From the NCBI GenBank assembly GCA_016214345.1, contig JACROR010000009.1, forward strand, positions 241 to 64,240: a stretch of DNA of 64,000 nt, read 5' to 3'. A program made the position numbers and the translations under genes. Position 1 is the stretch's first letter. Each line of letters opens with the position of its first letter. This DNA is from Candidatus Niyogibacteria bacterium. GTDB lineage: Bacteria > Patescibacteriota > Minisyncoccia > JACROR01. Below the pieces are notes generated by a model that was not told the DNA's origin, searched no databases, and saw nothing but the letters and a program-made list of their open reading frames with translations. Positions 47,549 to 57,742 of the stretch are shown piece by piece.

Positions 47549-49651
47549 ATGGAAAGAAAAAAATTCTCGTGCGACTTTGCGGGACGCAAAGTGGAAGCGG
47601 AGTTCTCTAATTTAGTGGAACAAGCCAACGGTTCCGCCATTGTGCGCTACGGCGATACGGTGGTGCTGGCCACCGCGACCATGTCCAAACAAACCAAAGA
47701 AAATTTGGACTATTTTCCGCTAACCGTTGATTACGAAGAAAGATATTACGCAGTCGGCAAAATATTGGGCTCGCGATTCGTGCGGCGCGAAGGCAGGGCG
47801 CCGGATTCCTCCATTCTCACGGGGCGCGTCATAGACCGTACCATCCGCCCCTTATTTGACATTAAAATCAGAAACGAAGTCCAGGTCATCACCATGGTTT
47901 TGTCCTATGACGAAGAAAATTCTCCGGACATTCCCGCGCTTTTAGCCACCTCGCTCGCGCTCGGCACTTCGGACATCCCCTGGGGAGGACCCATAGCCGG
48001 CGTACGGGTCATAAAAAAAGACGGAAAATTCATCATCAATCCGACGGCCGCGGAAAGGGAAGTATGCGAATTGGAAACCGTGGTCTGCGGAAAAGACGGA
48101 AAAATAAACATGGTGGAAGCCGGAGCCCAAGAAGTGCCCGAAGCAGATGCTGTGGAAGCTTTCAAAATAGGACTGGAAGAAATTGAACGCATAAATGCTT
48201 TTCAAAAAGACATCATCAAAAAGATCGGCAAAGAAAAAATAATCCCACAAATAACGCCCGAACCGGAAGGGCTACGCGACCTGTTCAATAAACATTTTCG
48301 TCCGAGACTCGCGGATTATGTCTATATAGAAGAAAAAACCGGACGCACCACGCGGCTGATGGAGCTTAAAAAAGAATGGACCGACGCGGCCATAAAAGAT
48401 TTCGGCGACAAAATTCTTAGTTTATACGGCGAGATCTACGAAGAGGCGATTGATGAAATAATGCACGAAAACATTTTGGAGCATGGCAAGCGCCCGGACT
48501 ACCGCAAATTGGACGAATTACGGCCGCTCTACGCGGAAGCGGGACTGCTTCCGCGCACGCACGGATCGGGCTTATTTTTCCGGGGTCAAACTCATGTGCT
48601 TTCCGTAGTTACTCTAGGCTCACCGCAAGACAATAAACTCATAGAAAGCATGGAAGGGCGCGTGGAAAAACGCTTTATGCATCAATATAATTTCCCTCCG
48701 TATTCTTCGGGTGAAACCAAACCGCTCCGCGGTCCGGGAAGACGCGAGGTCGGGCATGGCGCGCTCGCGGAAAAAGCGCTGGCCGCGGTAATACCTCCCA
48801 AAGAAAAATTTCCCTACACCATCAGAATAGTTTCCGATACCATGTCTTCCAATGGATCAACTTCCATGGCTTCGGTATGCGCGTCCACGCTCGCGTTAAT
48901 GGACGCCGGCATCCCCATAAAAAATCCGGTGGCCGGCATTGCCATGGGACTCGCCATGAAAGATGAAAAAAATTATAAGATCTTAACCGACATACAAGGA
49001 CCGGAAGACCACCACGGCGATATGGATTTCAAAGCCGCGGGAACGCACGCGGGATTAACCGCCATACAAATGGATGTTAAAATAGAAGGGGTGACCGTAG
49101 GCATTCTGGCCGAAGCGCTGGAAAGCGCCAAAATAGCCCGCCTGCAAATTTTAAAAGTTATACAAGGAGCCTTGAATGCTCCTCGCCCGGATCTGTCGCC
49201 TTTCGCGCCGCGCATTCTCATCCACAAGATAAGTCCGGATAAGATCGGCACGGTAGTGGGAACCGGAGGCAAGACCATAAACGGCATCATCGCCAAAACC
49301 GGCGCGGCCATTGATATAGAAGAGGACGGAACCATATACATTACCGGAACGGATAAAGACTCGGCGGAAGCCGCGCTCCAAATAATAGAAGGGCTTACCA
49401 AGGAATTCAAACCGGGAGAGCGCATAGAAGGAGTGGTCGGTCGCATATTTGAATTCGGCGCCATGGTGGAACTATCGCCCAATCAAGACGGATTGATCCA
49501 CATCTCCAAACTCGCTCCGCATCGCGTAAACAAAGTCACGGACATAATCAATATCGGCGATAAAGTGGAAGTGGAAGTCATAGGCGTAGATGAAAAGGGA
49601 CGCGTTAATTTGGCTTTAATCAATGGAGGAAAAAGAACAGAACCCCGTTAA
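47549..49651 (+). CDS. pnp: polynucleotide phosphorylase
   Basis: Two RNase PH domains, KH and S1. Confidence 0.95.
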   Translation: MERKKFSCDFAGRKVEAEFSNLVEQANGSAIVRYGDTVVLATATMSKQTKENLDYFPLTVDYEERYYAVGKILGSRFVRREGRAPDSSILTGRVIDRTIRPLFDIKIRNEVQVITMVLSYDEENSPDIPALLATSLALGTSDIPWGGPIAGVRVIKKDGKFIINPTAAEREVCELETVVCGKDGKINMVEAGAQEVPEADAVEAFKIGLEEIERINAFQKDIIKKIGKEKIIPQITPEPEGLRDLFNKHFRPRLADYVYIEEKTGRTTRLMELKKEWTDAAIKDFGDKILSLYGEIYEEAIDEIMHENILEHGKRPDYRKLDELRPLYAEAGLLPRTHGSGLFFRGQTHVLSVVTLGSPQDNKLIESMEGRVEKRFMHQYNFPPYSSGETKPLRGPGRREVGHGALAEKALAAVIPPKEKFPYTIRIVSDTMSSNGSTSMASVCASTLALMDAGIPIKNPVAGIAMGLAMKDEKNYKILTDIQGPEDHHGDMDFKAAGTHAGLTAIQMDVKIEGVTVGILAEALESAKIARLQILKVIQGALNAPRPDLSPFAPRILIHKISPDKIGTVVGTGGKTINGIIAKTGAAIDIEEDGTIYITGTDKDSAEAALQIIEGLTKEFKPGERIEGVVGRIFEFGAMVELSPNQDGLIHISKLAPHRVNKVTDIINIGDKVEVEVIGVDEKGRVNLALINGGKRTEPR

Positions 49652-50588
49652 ATCCGATGAAATTGGTGTCCCGCAAAAAGTGGGACAATTTAACAGGGCA
49701 AACCAAGAGAAAATGGCAACAGAGCCCAATAATAAACCGGAAAATATTCCGGCCATACGCACTTATTCGGGAGACGTTCAGGAATATATACAAAAAAAGG
49801 GGACGTCTTACATAAACGCCATGGCGCAAGCCGCCCGGCGAAAACAATCCTCTAACTCTATCAGCGAAGATCTCGCGCCAAAACCGTATCTCAAAATAAT
49901 CCTTGGGGGAGGAGCGGCGATTTTACTCACAACTATAATCGCGGTCGGGACATATTTTTGGTTTTTTGCGAAAAAACCGACCGAATCAGCGCAAACACCA
50001 AGACCCCCTCAAGCCCTAATACGCGCCGATCATGAAAACATAATCTTCTGGGAAGCCGGCAACGCGCAAAACATTCTAACCGCCCTCCAAAATGCGCTTG
50101 CCAAGCCGCAAATAAGCGGAGAATTCACTTATTTGCCGGCCAAAAAAACGGAGAACAAACAGGAAAAATTCTTAAGTTCGGCTGAATTATTAAAAAACGC
50201 GGGAATTAAAACTCCGCAAGATCTTATAGATAACCTGGCGGGGTTTCCCACCTTCGGTGCCATAGATGCTTTGGGCCGCAATGAAACTGTATTTCTATCG
50301 CCCATTTCCGACTATGAAAGAGCTTTTGCCGCCATGCTTCGCTGGGAGCCTGCCATACTCGCGGATTACCAATCCTTACTGCCTCAAGATAAAGATCTGA
50401 ATACCGGCAAGATCACTTTTGAAGACGTGGTCATAAAAAACAATGACGCCCGCGCGCTGAAAAACATTGAAAATGAAATAGTTTTGGCATATACTATATT
50501 TAACAGAAAAATTTTAATAATTGCCTCTTCTAAAACAGCGCTGGAACAAGTTTTGGAGAGACTAATCTCATCGCCACCAACCTTATGA
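49623..50588 (+). CDS. hypothetical membrane-anchored protein
   Basis: One TM helix. Confidence 0.5.
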   Translation: MEEKEQNPVKSDEIGVPQKVGQFNRANQEKMATEPNNKPENIPAIRTYSGDVQEYIQKKGTSYINAMAQAARRKQSSNSISEDLAPKPYLKIILGGGAAILLTTIIAVGTYFWFFAKKPTESAQTPRPPQALIRADHENIIFWEAGNAQNILTALQNALAKPQISGEFTYLPAKKTENKQEKFLSSAELLKNAGIKTPQDLIDNLAGFPTFGAIDALGRNETVFLSPISDYERAFAAMLRWEPAILADYQSLLPQDKDLNTGKITFEDVVIKNNDARALKNIENEIVLAYTIFNRKILIIASSKTALEQVLERLISSPPTL

Positions 50589-50950
50589 TATCCGATCTTG
50601 ATTTCTATAAGAATAAATTAAAAGAAGAAGAGACTCGCCTGGAAAAGGAACTAAGCACGCTGGCCATCCGCAATCCGGAACATCCGGAAGATTGGCAACC
50701 GACAACTCCGGAATTAAATCCGCAACTCTCGGACGACAGCGAACTAGCAGATAAATTTGAAGAATTTGACACCCAATTCGGCATAGAAACCGCGCTGGAA
50801 GAGCGACTGATAGGCGTCAAAAAAGCGCTCAAACGCGTTGCCGAAGGAACTTACGGCAAATGCGAAAAATGCCATGAAGTTATAGATCCCAAACGCCTAA
50901 ACGCCAATCCCGCCGCCATCACCTGCCTTAAACACGCTGATACGGAATAA
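50585..50950 (+). CDS. TraR/DksA-family C4 zinc-finger protein
   Basis: CEKCHEVIDPKRLNANPAAITC. Confidence 0.7.
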   Translation: MISDLDFYKNKLKEEETRLEKELSTLAIRNPEHPEDWQPTTPELNPQLSDDSELADKFEEFDTQFGIETALEERLIGVKKALKRVAEGTYGKCEKCHEVIDPKRLNANPAAITCLKHADTE

Positions 50951-50959
50951 ATCAAAATT

Positions 50960-52498
50960 GTGACTACGCAGGCTGTAAAACTTCATTCAGCTCAAACCGT
51001 AGGACTGCACGGCGTCATAATTGACGTGGAAGTTGATCGCTATCTCGGCACCAAAAAACTCTCCATCGTGGGTCTGCCCGATAAAGCGGTGGAAGAATCT
51101 TTGGAACGCGTTTCCGCGGCCATAAAAAACAGCGGCAAAATTTCCCCTCAAAAAAGAAACCAGCGGGTTACCGTTTCTTTAGCTCCGGCGGACCTCAAAA
51201 AAGAAGGTCCGATTTTTGATTTGGCGATAGCTTTGGGATATCTTCTGTCATCCAACCAAATAAATTTTGATCCGCGAAATAAACTTTTTTTGGGCGAACT
51301 GTCGCTAAACGGAGCGCTTCGCCCCATCAAAGGAGCGCTACCTTTGGCGGCGAAAGCCAAAAAAGCAGGATTTGAAGAAATATATCTGCCGGCCGGCAAC
51401 GGAACCGAAGCCGCGCTAATAGACGGCCTAAAAATATTTGAAGCCGCGAGCTTAAGCGACGTCATGCAACATTTGGAGGACGAAATTAAAATTCCGCCGC
51501 GCGCCCGTCCGCGTATAGAAAAAATCCATGCCGAAATTAAAGAACAATCCGACTTATCGGAGATTAGAGGACAAGCGGCCGCCAAACGTGGATTGGAGAT
51601 CGCGGCGGCCGGAGGACACAATCTCTTGATGATCGGACCTCCGGGCACCGGCAAAACCATGCTGGCCAAAGCCCTGCCGTCCATCCTTCCTCCCCTTACT
51701 TTTGAAGAAAGCCTGGAAGTTACCGCCATACACAGCGTGGCCGGAAAATTAAAAATACCTTTCTTGTCGGCACGGCCCTTTCACAGCCCCCACCACACTT
51801 CGTCTTATGTGGCGCTGGTCGGCGGAGGCGCGTGGCCCAGGCCCGGTGAAATAACGCTCGCGCACCGTGGCGTGCTTTTTCTGGACGAATTTCCGGAATT
51901 TGACCGCAGAGTCATAGAATCACTGCGGCAACCGCTGGAAAACGGCACTATCACCGTGGCGCGCGCCAAAGACACCGTAGAATTTCCCGCGCGTTTTATG
52001 CTAATCTGCGCCATGAACCCCTGCCCCTGCGGCAATTTGGGATCCAAAACCAAAAGATGCATCTGCAATCAAAATGCCATCTTGCGCTATCAACGAAAAG
52101 TTTCCGGACCTATCGCCGACCGCCTTGATCTATGGATAGAAGTTCCCCAAATAGCGCATGAAGAGTTGGGATCAAATGACCGGCGCGGGCCAACTTCGGC
52201 TGAAGTCCGCCACAAAGTGATCGCCGCGCGCGCCATCCAACAAAAACGTTTCCAATCAAGAAAATATTTTACCAATAGCGAAATACCCGTCAAAGATCTG
52301 GAAATTTTTATGCCGCTCTCCCAGGCTTGCCGCGCCACTCTCAACCTCGCCGCCAAAAGAATGGATCTCTCGCCTCGCGCTTATCATAGAGTAATAAAAA
52401 TAGCCCGCACCATCGCGGACCTGGCGGGAGAAATAAATATAAATGAAAATCACATCTTAGAAGCCATTCAATACCGTCCCTCTCCCAACCTTATTTGA
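50960..52498 (+). CDS. comM: YifB/ComM family Mg-chelatase-like AAA+ ATPase (GTG start)
   Basis: Lon-like N-domain; Walker A GPPGTGKTMLAKA; Walker B VLFLDEFPEF. Confidence 0.9.
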   Translation: MTTQAVKLHSAQTVGLHGVIIDVEVDRYLGTKKLSIVGLPDKAVEESLERVSAAIKNSGKISPQKRNQRVTVSLAPADLKKEGPIFDLAIALGYLLSSNQINFDPRNKLFLGELSLNGALRPIKGALPLAAKAKKAGFEEIYLPAGNGTEAALIDGLKIFEAASLSDVMQHLEDEIKIPPRARPRIEKIHAEIKEQSDLSEIRGQAAAKRGLEIAAAGGHNLLMIGPPGTGKTMLAKALPSILPPLTFEESLEVTAIHSVAGKLKIPFLSARPFHSPHHTSSYVALVGGGAWPRPGEITLAHRGVLFLDEFPEFDRRVIESLRQPLENGTITVARAKDTVEFPARFMLICAMNPCPCGNLGSKTKRCICNQNAILRYQRKVSGPIADRLDLWIEVPQIAHEELGSNDRRGPTSAEVRHKVIAARAIQQKRFQSRKYFTNSEIPVKDLEIFMPLSQACRATLNLAAKRMDLSPRAYHRVIKIARTIADLAGEININENHILEAIQYRPSPNLI

Positions 52499-52500
52499 TA

Positions 52501-52560
52501 GGTTTTTGATAGGTTATAGTGATTAGGTTATAGGGGTTAGGTTATAGTTGATAGATTGCT
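52501..52560. repeat. degenerate tandem repeat (~4 x GRTTAGGTTATAG)
   Basis: gataggttatagt gattaggttatagg ggttaggttatagtt. Confidence 0.6.
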
Positions 52561-52619
52561 TTATGAAAAATCATAAACTAGAACCTGGAAACTAAAATCT
52601 AAAAACTAGCCCCTAGAGC

Positions 52620-53651
52620 CTAGAACGGATTGCGTGGCCCTCCGCGGATCTCAAAATGCAGATGCGGTCCGGTGGATTTGCCGGTAGAGCCGATGTAGCC
52701 GATTATCTGTCCCTGTACCACGTGCCATCCGCTCCAAACTATATTTTTACTTAAATGATGCTGAATCACAATATATTGACCATAACCGCCATTCCAACCG
52801 GAGCTCTTGGAAATTAACACGTCTCCGGTCGCCGAAGCTACGATGGGAGTTCCGTAAGAAGCGGCCAGATCAACGCCATTGTACCCATGAATGCCCTGGG
52901 TCTTTCTACCATTTACGGGTTTTAGATAATAACCGGCGTATTCTTGGACATTCGGCGCGCCATATTGCTCTGTGTAATATTTAGGCGCGGCTATCTCTCC
53001 GTTGGGAATTAAAATCTCCATGCCCTCCGCGAGATCGCTGCCGGACGCCAAACCGTTGAAATCCAAAATGTCCCGAGCGTCTCCGTTAAATTTCTTGACA
53101 ATGCCCGCCAAAGTGTCTCCCTTCTTTACAACATATTGCACGCCGCTGACCGGCAGAATTATCAAAACTTGGCCCTTGCGTATAAGATCTCCGCGGTTAA
53201 TATCCGCATTGGCCCAAACAATGGTATTAACGCTAACGCCGAAAAGCTTGGCGATTCCAGACAGCGTATCGCCTTCCCTTACCACGTAAATACTGATTTG
53301 ATCGGATTTTTTCTGAACTTCTAACGCGTCAGCCAAACTGCCTAAAGGCCCGGTCACGGGAAGTAGCGCGGAATTTTCCACTATGGTAATATCTCCGCCG
53401 CCGGTACCTGCCAATAAATTCTCATTGGTGGGAGCGTCCAGCAACGATACAGTTTGGGAATTTATAATAGAGGCCGGCTGAAGCGTCTTCTCTGATTTGA
53501 ATAAATCTCCGAAAAACGAAAAAAATCCGGCATGAACCGGCAAAACCAGTCCAAAATATACTAAAAACGTGGCCAAAATAACCACCAACGCCCTAAAAGG
53601 CCTAATACCACATCGGCTTTTTATGGAGCATATTTGACCCTTACCCTGCAA
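52620..53651 (-). CDS. M23 family peptidase with two LysM domains
   Basis: 2 x LysM (GDTLSGIAKLFG, GDTLAGIVKKFN); M23 HxxxD/HLHFE. Confidence 0.9.
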   Translation of the reverse strand: MQGKGQICSIKSRCGIRPFRALVVILATFLVYFGLVLPVHAGFFSFFGDLFKSEKTLQPASIINSQTVSLLDAPTNENLLAGTGGGDITIVENSALLPVTGPLGSLADALEVQKKSDQISIYVVREGDTLSGIAKLFGVSVNTIVWANADINRGDLIRKGQVLIILPVSGVQYVVKKGDTLAGIVKKFNGDARDILDFNGLASGSDLAEGMEILIPNGEIAAPKYYTEQYGAPNVQEYAGYYLKPVNGRKTQGIHGYNGVDLAASYGTPIVASATGDVLISKSSGWNGGYGQYIVIQHHLSKNIVWSGWHVVQGQIIGYIGSTGKSTGPHLHFEIRGGPRNPF

Positions 53652-53843
53652 AAAATCAGGGTCAGGTTCTTGTATATTGTTTAAAATAGGCTAAATTACG
53701 AATTTAATTGGTCAAACGCGATCGGGCAAAATTGCCAAGCAATTTTTAGCCCTTCAACGGCCTTTCTGCTACCTTATTCAATATACTCCTTTATAAGCTC
53801 CGAGTCAATCCAAAATGCCTATATTTGTGGATAAAATAAATAG

Positions 53844-55814
53844 GTGTTATTCTGGCAAATAATGAAGAAAAGTGCCTCCTCTCATATCTTAAATGGCCTG
53901 AATGGCCGCCAAAAAGACGCGGTGGAACACATCCACGGCCCCCTGCTTATATTGGCCGGTGCTGGATCGGGTAAAACCAAAGTTTTAGCTCACAGAATCG
54001 CCAATATCGTGCGCCTTGGCTGCTCCCCGGAACGCGTTTTAGCCATAACTTTTACCAATAAAGCGGCAGGGGAGATGCAAAAACGCATATCCGCGCTCAT
54101 CTCCAACAACCCACTAACTGCAAGCCGTCCTTTTGTAAGGACTTTCCATGCCCTGGGAGTACATATACTGCGCGAATCAGGCCATCACATAGGAATTTCT
54201 AAAAAATTCTCCATTTTTGACGAAGAAGACGCGCTTTCCCTTATGAAAGACTGTTTGCGGGATCTATCCATTGATCCCAAACAATTCCAGCCCGCCAAAA
54301 TGCGATCCGTCATATCCGCCCACAAAAGCGAACTGTTAACTCCGGAAGATTTGGCGGAAGACGCCCACAATTCCCCATTCCTCGTCAAATTGATCGCCGT
54401 CTGGCAACTTTATGAAAAAAAATTAAAAGAACATAGCGCTTTGGATTTTGACGATCTCATCGCCAAAACTATTGCCTTACTGAAAAAAAGTTCGGAAACC
54501 CTCAAACGCTACCAAGCACAATGGACGCACATCCATATTGACGAATATCAGGATACCAACCGTTCGCAATATCTGCTGGCAAGCCTTCTCGCGCGCGAGC
54601 ACCGGAATCTTTGCGCCGTCGGCGACATAGACCAGTCCATTTACGGCTGGCGCGGGGCCGATTTTCGGAATATTCTGAATTTTGAAAAAGACTGGCCCGA
54701 AGCCAAAATAATCACGCTGGAAGAAAATTACCGTTCTACGCAAACCATTTTAGACGCCGCCAACGCCGTCATCATAAAAAATCAATTCCGCCGGCCTAAA
54801 AATCTGTTCACGGAAAAAACCGGCGGCAATAAAATAAAAATCTTCCTGGCCGCCAACGAATTGGAAGAAGCCGCCTTTATCGCCCAAACGGCGCGCGCGT
54901 GCGCACAAAACAACACGCCAGCCGATAAAATAGCGGTGCTTTACCGTACTAATTTTCAATCCCGGGTTTTGGAAGAAGAATTTCTGCGACAGGGCATGCC
55001 TTACCAATTATTGGGCGTTAAATTCTACGAAAGAAAAGAAGTAAAAGATATTTTGGCGTATATTCGCATCGCCTTAAATCCGCAGGATCTTTTAAGCAAA
55101 AAAAGGATTATAAATACTCCAGCGCGGGGTATAGGCAAAATATTGCTTACTAAATATCTGGCGCGAGATAAAGATCTGAATCCCAAAGAAAAAACCTTGC
55201 TCCAAAACTTTGAAGAGATTATCCAAAGTATAGGCGACGCCGCGGCAACGAAACCGGCTTCAGAGGTAACGCGCGCAGCCATAGAAAAATCAGGTTATGC
55301 TAATTTTTTACGAGACGGCACGGAAGAGGGCGCTATGCGGCTGGCGAATATCCAGGAATTAGTCAGCTTGTCCAAAAAATACGATATATTTCCTTCTCCC
55401 GCGGGCATTGAAGAATTGTTGGCGGACGCGGCCTTAATGTCCGATCAAGACACTTTAAAAGAGCGAGAAAAAGCTGTGAAATTAATGACCGTGCATGCCG
55501 CCAAAGGACTTGAATTCAAGACGGTTTTTGTGGCGGGCATGGAAGAGGGACTGTTTCCGCACAATATGATGGGCGGCGGGAGCGATCCCTTGAAAGCCGA
55601 GGAAGAACGGCGGCTTTTTTATGTCGCGTTAACCCGGGCGGAAGAAAATTTATTCTTATCTTACGCGATTTTCCGCACAATCTTCGGAAGCAGACAAATC
55701 AACAAACCTTCGCGATTTTTGGAAGATATTCCGCCAGAACTCACGGAAGCCGTGAATCGCGAAAATATGCAAAACGAATATCCGGAAAGCGATACGGAAA
55801 TCATAAATTTGTAA
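53844..55814 (+). CDS. UvrD/PcrA-family ATP-dependent DNA helicase
   Basis: Walker A AGAGSGKT; helicase motifs DEYQDTN, VGDIDQSIY. Confidence 0.9.
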   Translation: MLFWQIMKKSASSHILNGLNGRQKDAVEHIHGPLLILAGAGSGKTKVLAHRIANIVRLGCSPERVLAITFTNKAAGEMQKRISALISNNPLTASRPFVRTFHALGVHILRESGHHIGISKKFSIFDEEDALSLMKDCLRDLSIDPKQFQPAKMRSVISAHKSELLTPEDLAEDAHNSPFLVKLIAVWQLYEKKLKEHSALDFDDLIAKTIALLKKSSETLKRYQAQWTHIHIDEYQDTNRSQYLLASLLAREHRNLCAVGDIDQSIYGWRGADFRNILNFEKDWPEAKIITLEENYRSTQTILDAANAVIIKNQFRRPKNLFTEKTGGNKIKIFLAANELEEAAFIAQTARACAQNNTPADKIAVLYRTNFQSRVLEEEFLRQGMPYQLLGVKFYERKEVKDILAYIRIALNPQDLLSKKRIINTPARGIGKILLTKYLARDKDLNPKEKTLLQNFEEIIQSIGDAAATKPASEVTRAAIEKSGYANFLRDGTEEGAMRLANIQELVSLSKKYDIFPSPAGIEELLADAALMSDQDTLKEREKAVKLMTVHAAKGLEFKTVFVAGMEEGLFPHNMMGGGSDPLKAEEERRLFYVALTRAEENLFLSYAIFRTIFGSRQINKPSRFLEDIPPELTEAVNRENMQNEYPESDTEIINL

Positions 55815-55822
55815 CATAAAAC

Positions 55823-56620
55823 ATGCGAAGCCACGGAACCAAATTGGGACAAAATTTTTTAAAATCACGAAACACGGCGCGAAAAATCGCGGAGGCCGCT
55901 CAAATTTCCAGCCAAGATGAAATACTGGAAGTCGGTCCGGGAAAAGGAATTTTAACGGAAAAGCTTCTGGCGCGCGCCAAACGCGTGGTAGCGGTGGAAA
56001 AAAATCCCGCTCTTATAAAAATACTCCGCGTAAAATTTATCAACGAACTGTCTCTCGGAAAGCTTGCGCTCGTAGAAGGCGATATTTTAAAATTCAATCC
56101 CGCGACAGAAGGTCTTTTGCCTAGCCGATACCGGATCGTGGCGAATATCCCTTACTACCTAACCTCGCATTTTTTGCGAAAAACGCTGGAATCAAAATGC
56201 CCGCCTCAAGACATGACCCTAACCATCCAAAAAGAAGTGGCGGAAAGAATTTGCGCCCGACCGCCGCGCATGAATTTGCTCGCCCTATCGGTACAAATTT
56301 TCAGCCAGCCGAAGATCGCTTTCAAAATATCCAAAAAAGAATTTGCGCCGGCGCCCAAAGTGGACTCGGCCGTTATCAACATAAACGACATTTCGCGCGC
56401 CTTTTTCTCCGCGAATAAAATAAACGAACAAAAATTTTTTAAAATCATAAAATCGGGGTTCGCGCAAAAACGAAAAGTTTTACTAAATAATCTTTACCAC
56501 CAACAAAATATTAAAAAATCTGAAATAGAATCCGTTTTTGAAAAGTGCGAAGTCCCCATCAAGGCGCGCGCGGAAAATCTGGAAATAAAACACTGGATTT
56601 GCTTATACAAAAACCTATAA
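55823..56620 (+). CDS. rsmA: 16S rRNA (adenine1518/1519-N6)-dimethyltransferase
   Basis: GQNFL, EVGPGKGILT, NIPYY. Confidence 0.9.
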   Translation: MRSHGTKLGQNFLKSRNTARKIAEAAQISSQDEILEVGPGKGILTEKLLARAKRVVAVEKNPALIKILRVKFINELSLGKLALVEGDILKFNPATEGLLPSRYRIVANIPYYLTSHFLRKTLESKCPPQDMTLTIQKEVAERICARPPRMNLLALSVQIFSQPKIAFKISKKEFAPAPKVDSAVININDISRAFFSANKINEQKFFKIIKSGFAQKRKVLLNNLYHQQNIKKSEIESVFEKCEVPIKARAENLEIKHWICLYKNL

Positions 56621-56625
56621 ATACT

Positions 56626-56650
56626 CACCTGGCTATCCGATAGCCAGGTG
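56626..56650. promoter_or_regulatory. 25-bp perfect palindrome cacctggctatc-c-gatagccaggtg
   Basis: Immediately after rsmA stop, before terminator. Confidence 0.4.
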
Positions 56651-56683
56651 GACGGATCTGTTGACTGATTGCCTACAAAATTA

Positions 56684-56712
56684 AAAGACCGTCCATTACA
56701 GACGGTCTTTTT
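56684..56712. terminator. rho-independent terminator (bidirectional)
   Basis: aaagaccgtc-cattaca-gacggtcttttt. Confidence 0.8.
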
Positions 56713-56717
56713 GTATA

Positions 56718-56807
56718 TTAGCCGGAGTGTGGCGGCCCTGCGGGAATAGAAAAAATTCCCGTAATCAACACCGCCACCAAAATTAACGAAACGAGACCCA
56801 AGGTCAT
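56718..56807 (-). CDS. 29-aa hydrophobic micro-protein (MTLGLVSLILVAVLITGIFSIPAGPPHSG)
   Basis: Strong SD aagggggtg 6 nt upstream of ATG; below ORF-track size cutoff. Confidence 0.4.
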   Translation of the reverse strand: MTLGLVSLILVAVLITGIFSIPAGPPHSG

Positions 56808-56831
56808 CACCCCCTTAATTGGTTTAAATGG

Positions 56832-56945
56832 TTATTTTTCCTTCCGAGAACCACCGAAGGCGAACGTCAGCGCGCCAACAGCCGTTAACAATACCGCTCC
56901 CACCATCAACAAACCACCAAAAGTCAAAACGACAAATTCTAACAA
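56832..56945 (-). CDS. 37-aa hydrophobic micro-protein (TTG start; LEFVVLTFGGLLMVGAVLLTAVGALTFAFGGSRKEK)
   Basis: Strong SD gaaggaggtg 7 nt upstream of TTG. Confidence 0.35.
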   Translation of the reverse strand: MLEFVVLTFGGLLMVGAVLLTAVGALTFAFGGSRKEK

Positions 56946-56976
56946 TAAATCACCTCCTTCTAAGGCAAAAGATTGT

Positions 56977-57678
56977 TTATAAACGAACCCACCAGCTTAC
57001 CAGCATATTATTATTGACCTGGTAATATTTGCCGGATTCATTACGCACATTAACATACTGCTTATACGGAACACGCGTGACGTGGCGGAAAAAACCGTAG
57101 CCGGCATAAGAATATATAACTAATTTATATTCTCCTTCCGGCAATTTAATGAACAAGTCGTTCACCCGATAATAATGGTTGCCGACAAGCCGTCCACCAC
57201 CGGTATCAAAAACGATCTCTAACACCCCGCCTGAATCGCGACGCGTCCGCAGCGTAACGCCCTGTAAAGAGGGCGTCCCAAAGTGAATGGCTTCCAAGGC
57301 CTCTACTCTATAAAACGGAGAAGCAAGCTTGGTCTTTTTTCCCCCTACTTCAATGTAACCTTGGGTTTTTACCTCGGCTATACCGAGATAGGGAAGCCAC
57401 TTGCCCTGCCGGCGGACATAAATAAACACATCCTTCTCTTCGCCGTCGCTTTCATTGCTGATTACGCCCAATAGTTCTTTGGAATTGCGCTCAAGCTCAA
57501 TTCCAAGAGAAGTAAATCCTCCGGGCGTAGCGTGAAGCTCGTTTCTGGAAAAAGCATCAGCCATTACTGCGGGCTCGCCCGACGATGAGACATCAAAACG
57601 CGCCATAACGCTTTTGCCCAAAGCGCAACCGGCAAGCAAAAACCAAACCATCGCAAGATACCACATCTTTTTCATCAC
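56977..57678 (-). CDS. lipoprotein, unknown function
   Basis: Lipobox LLAGC. Confidence 0.6.
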   Translation of the reverse strand: MMKKMWYLAMVWFLLAGCALGKSVMARFDVSSSGEPAVMADAFSRNELHATPGGFTSLGIELERNSKELLGVISNESDGEEKDVFIYVRRQGKWLPYLGIAEVKTQGYIEVGGKKTKLASPFYRVEALEAIHFGTPSLQGVTLRTRRDSGGVLEIVFDTGGGRLVGNHYYRVNDLFIKLPEGEYKLVIYSYAGYGFFRHVTRVPYKQYVNVRNESGKYYQVNNNMLVSWWVRL

Positions 57679-57742
57679 TTACTCCTGAAAGATAGTTTTT
57701 TGTTTTTAAAGTTCTTTTAGTTTCTATAATTATACACAATTT

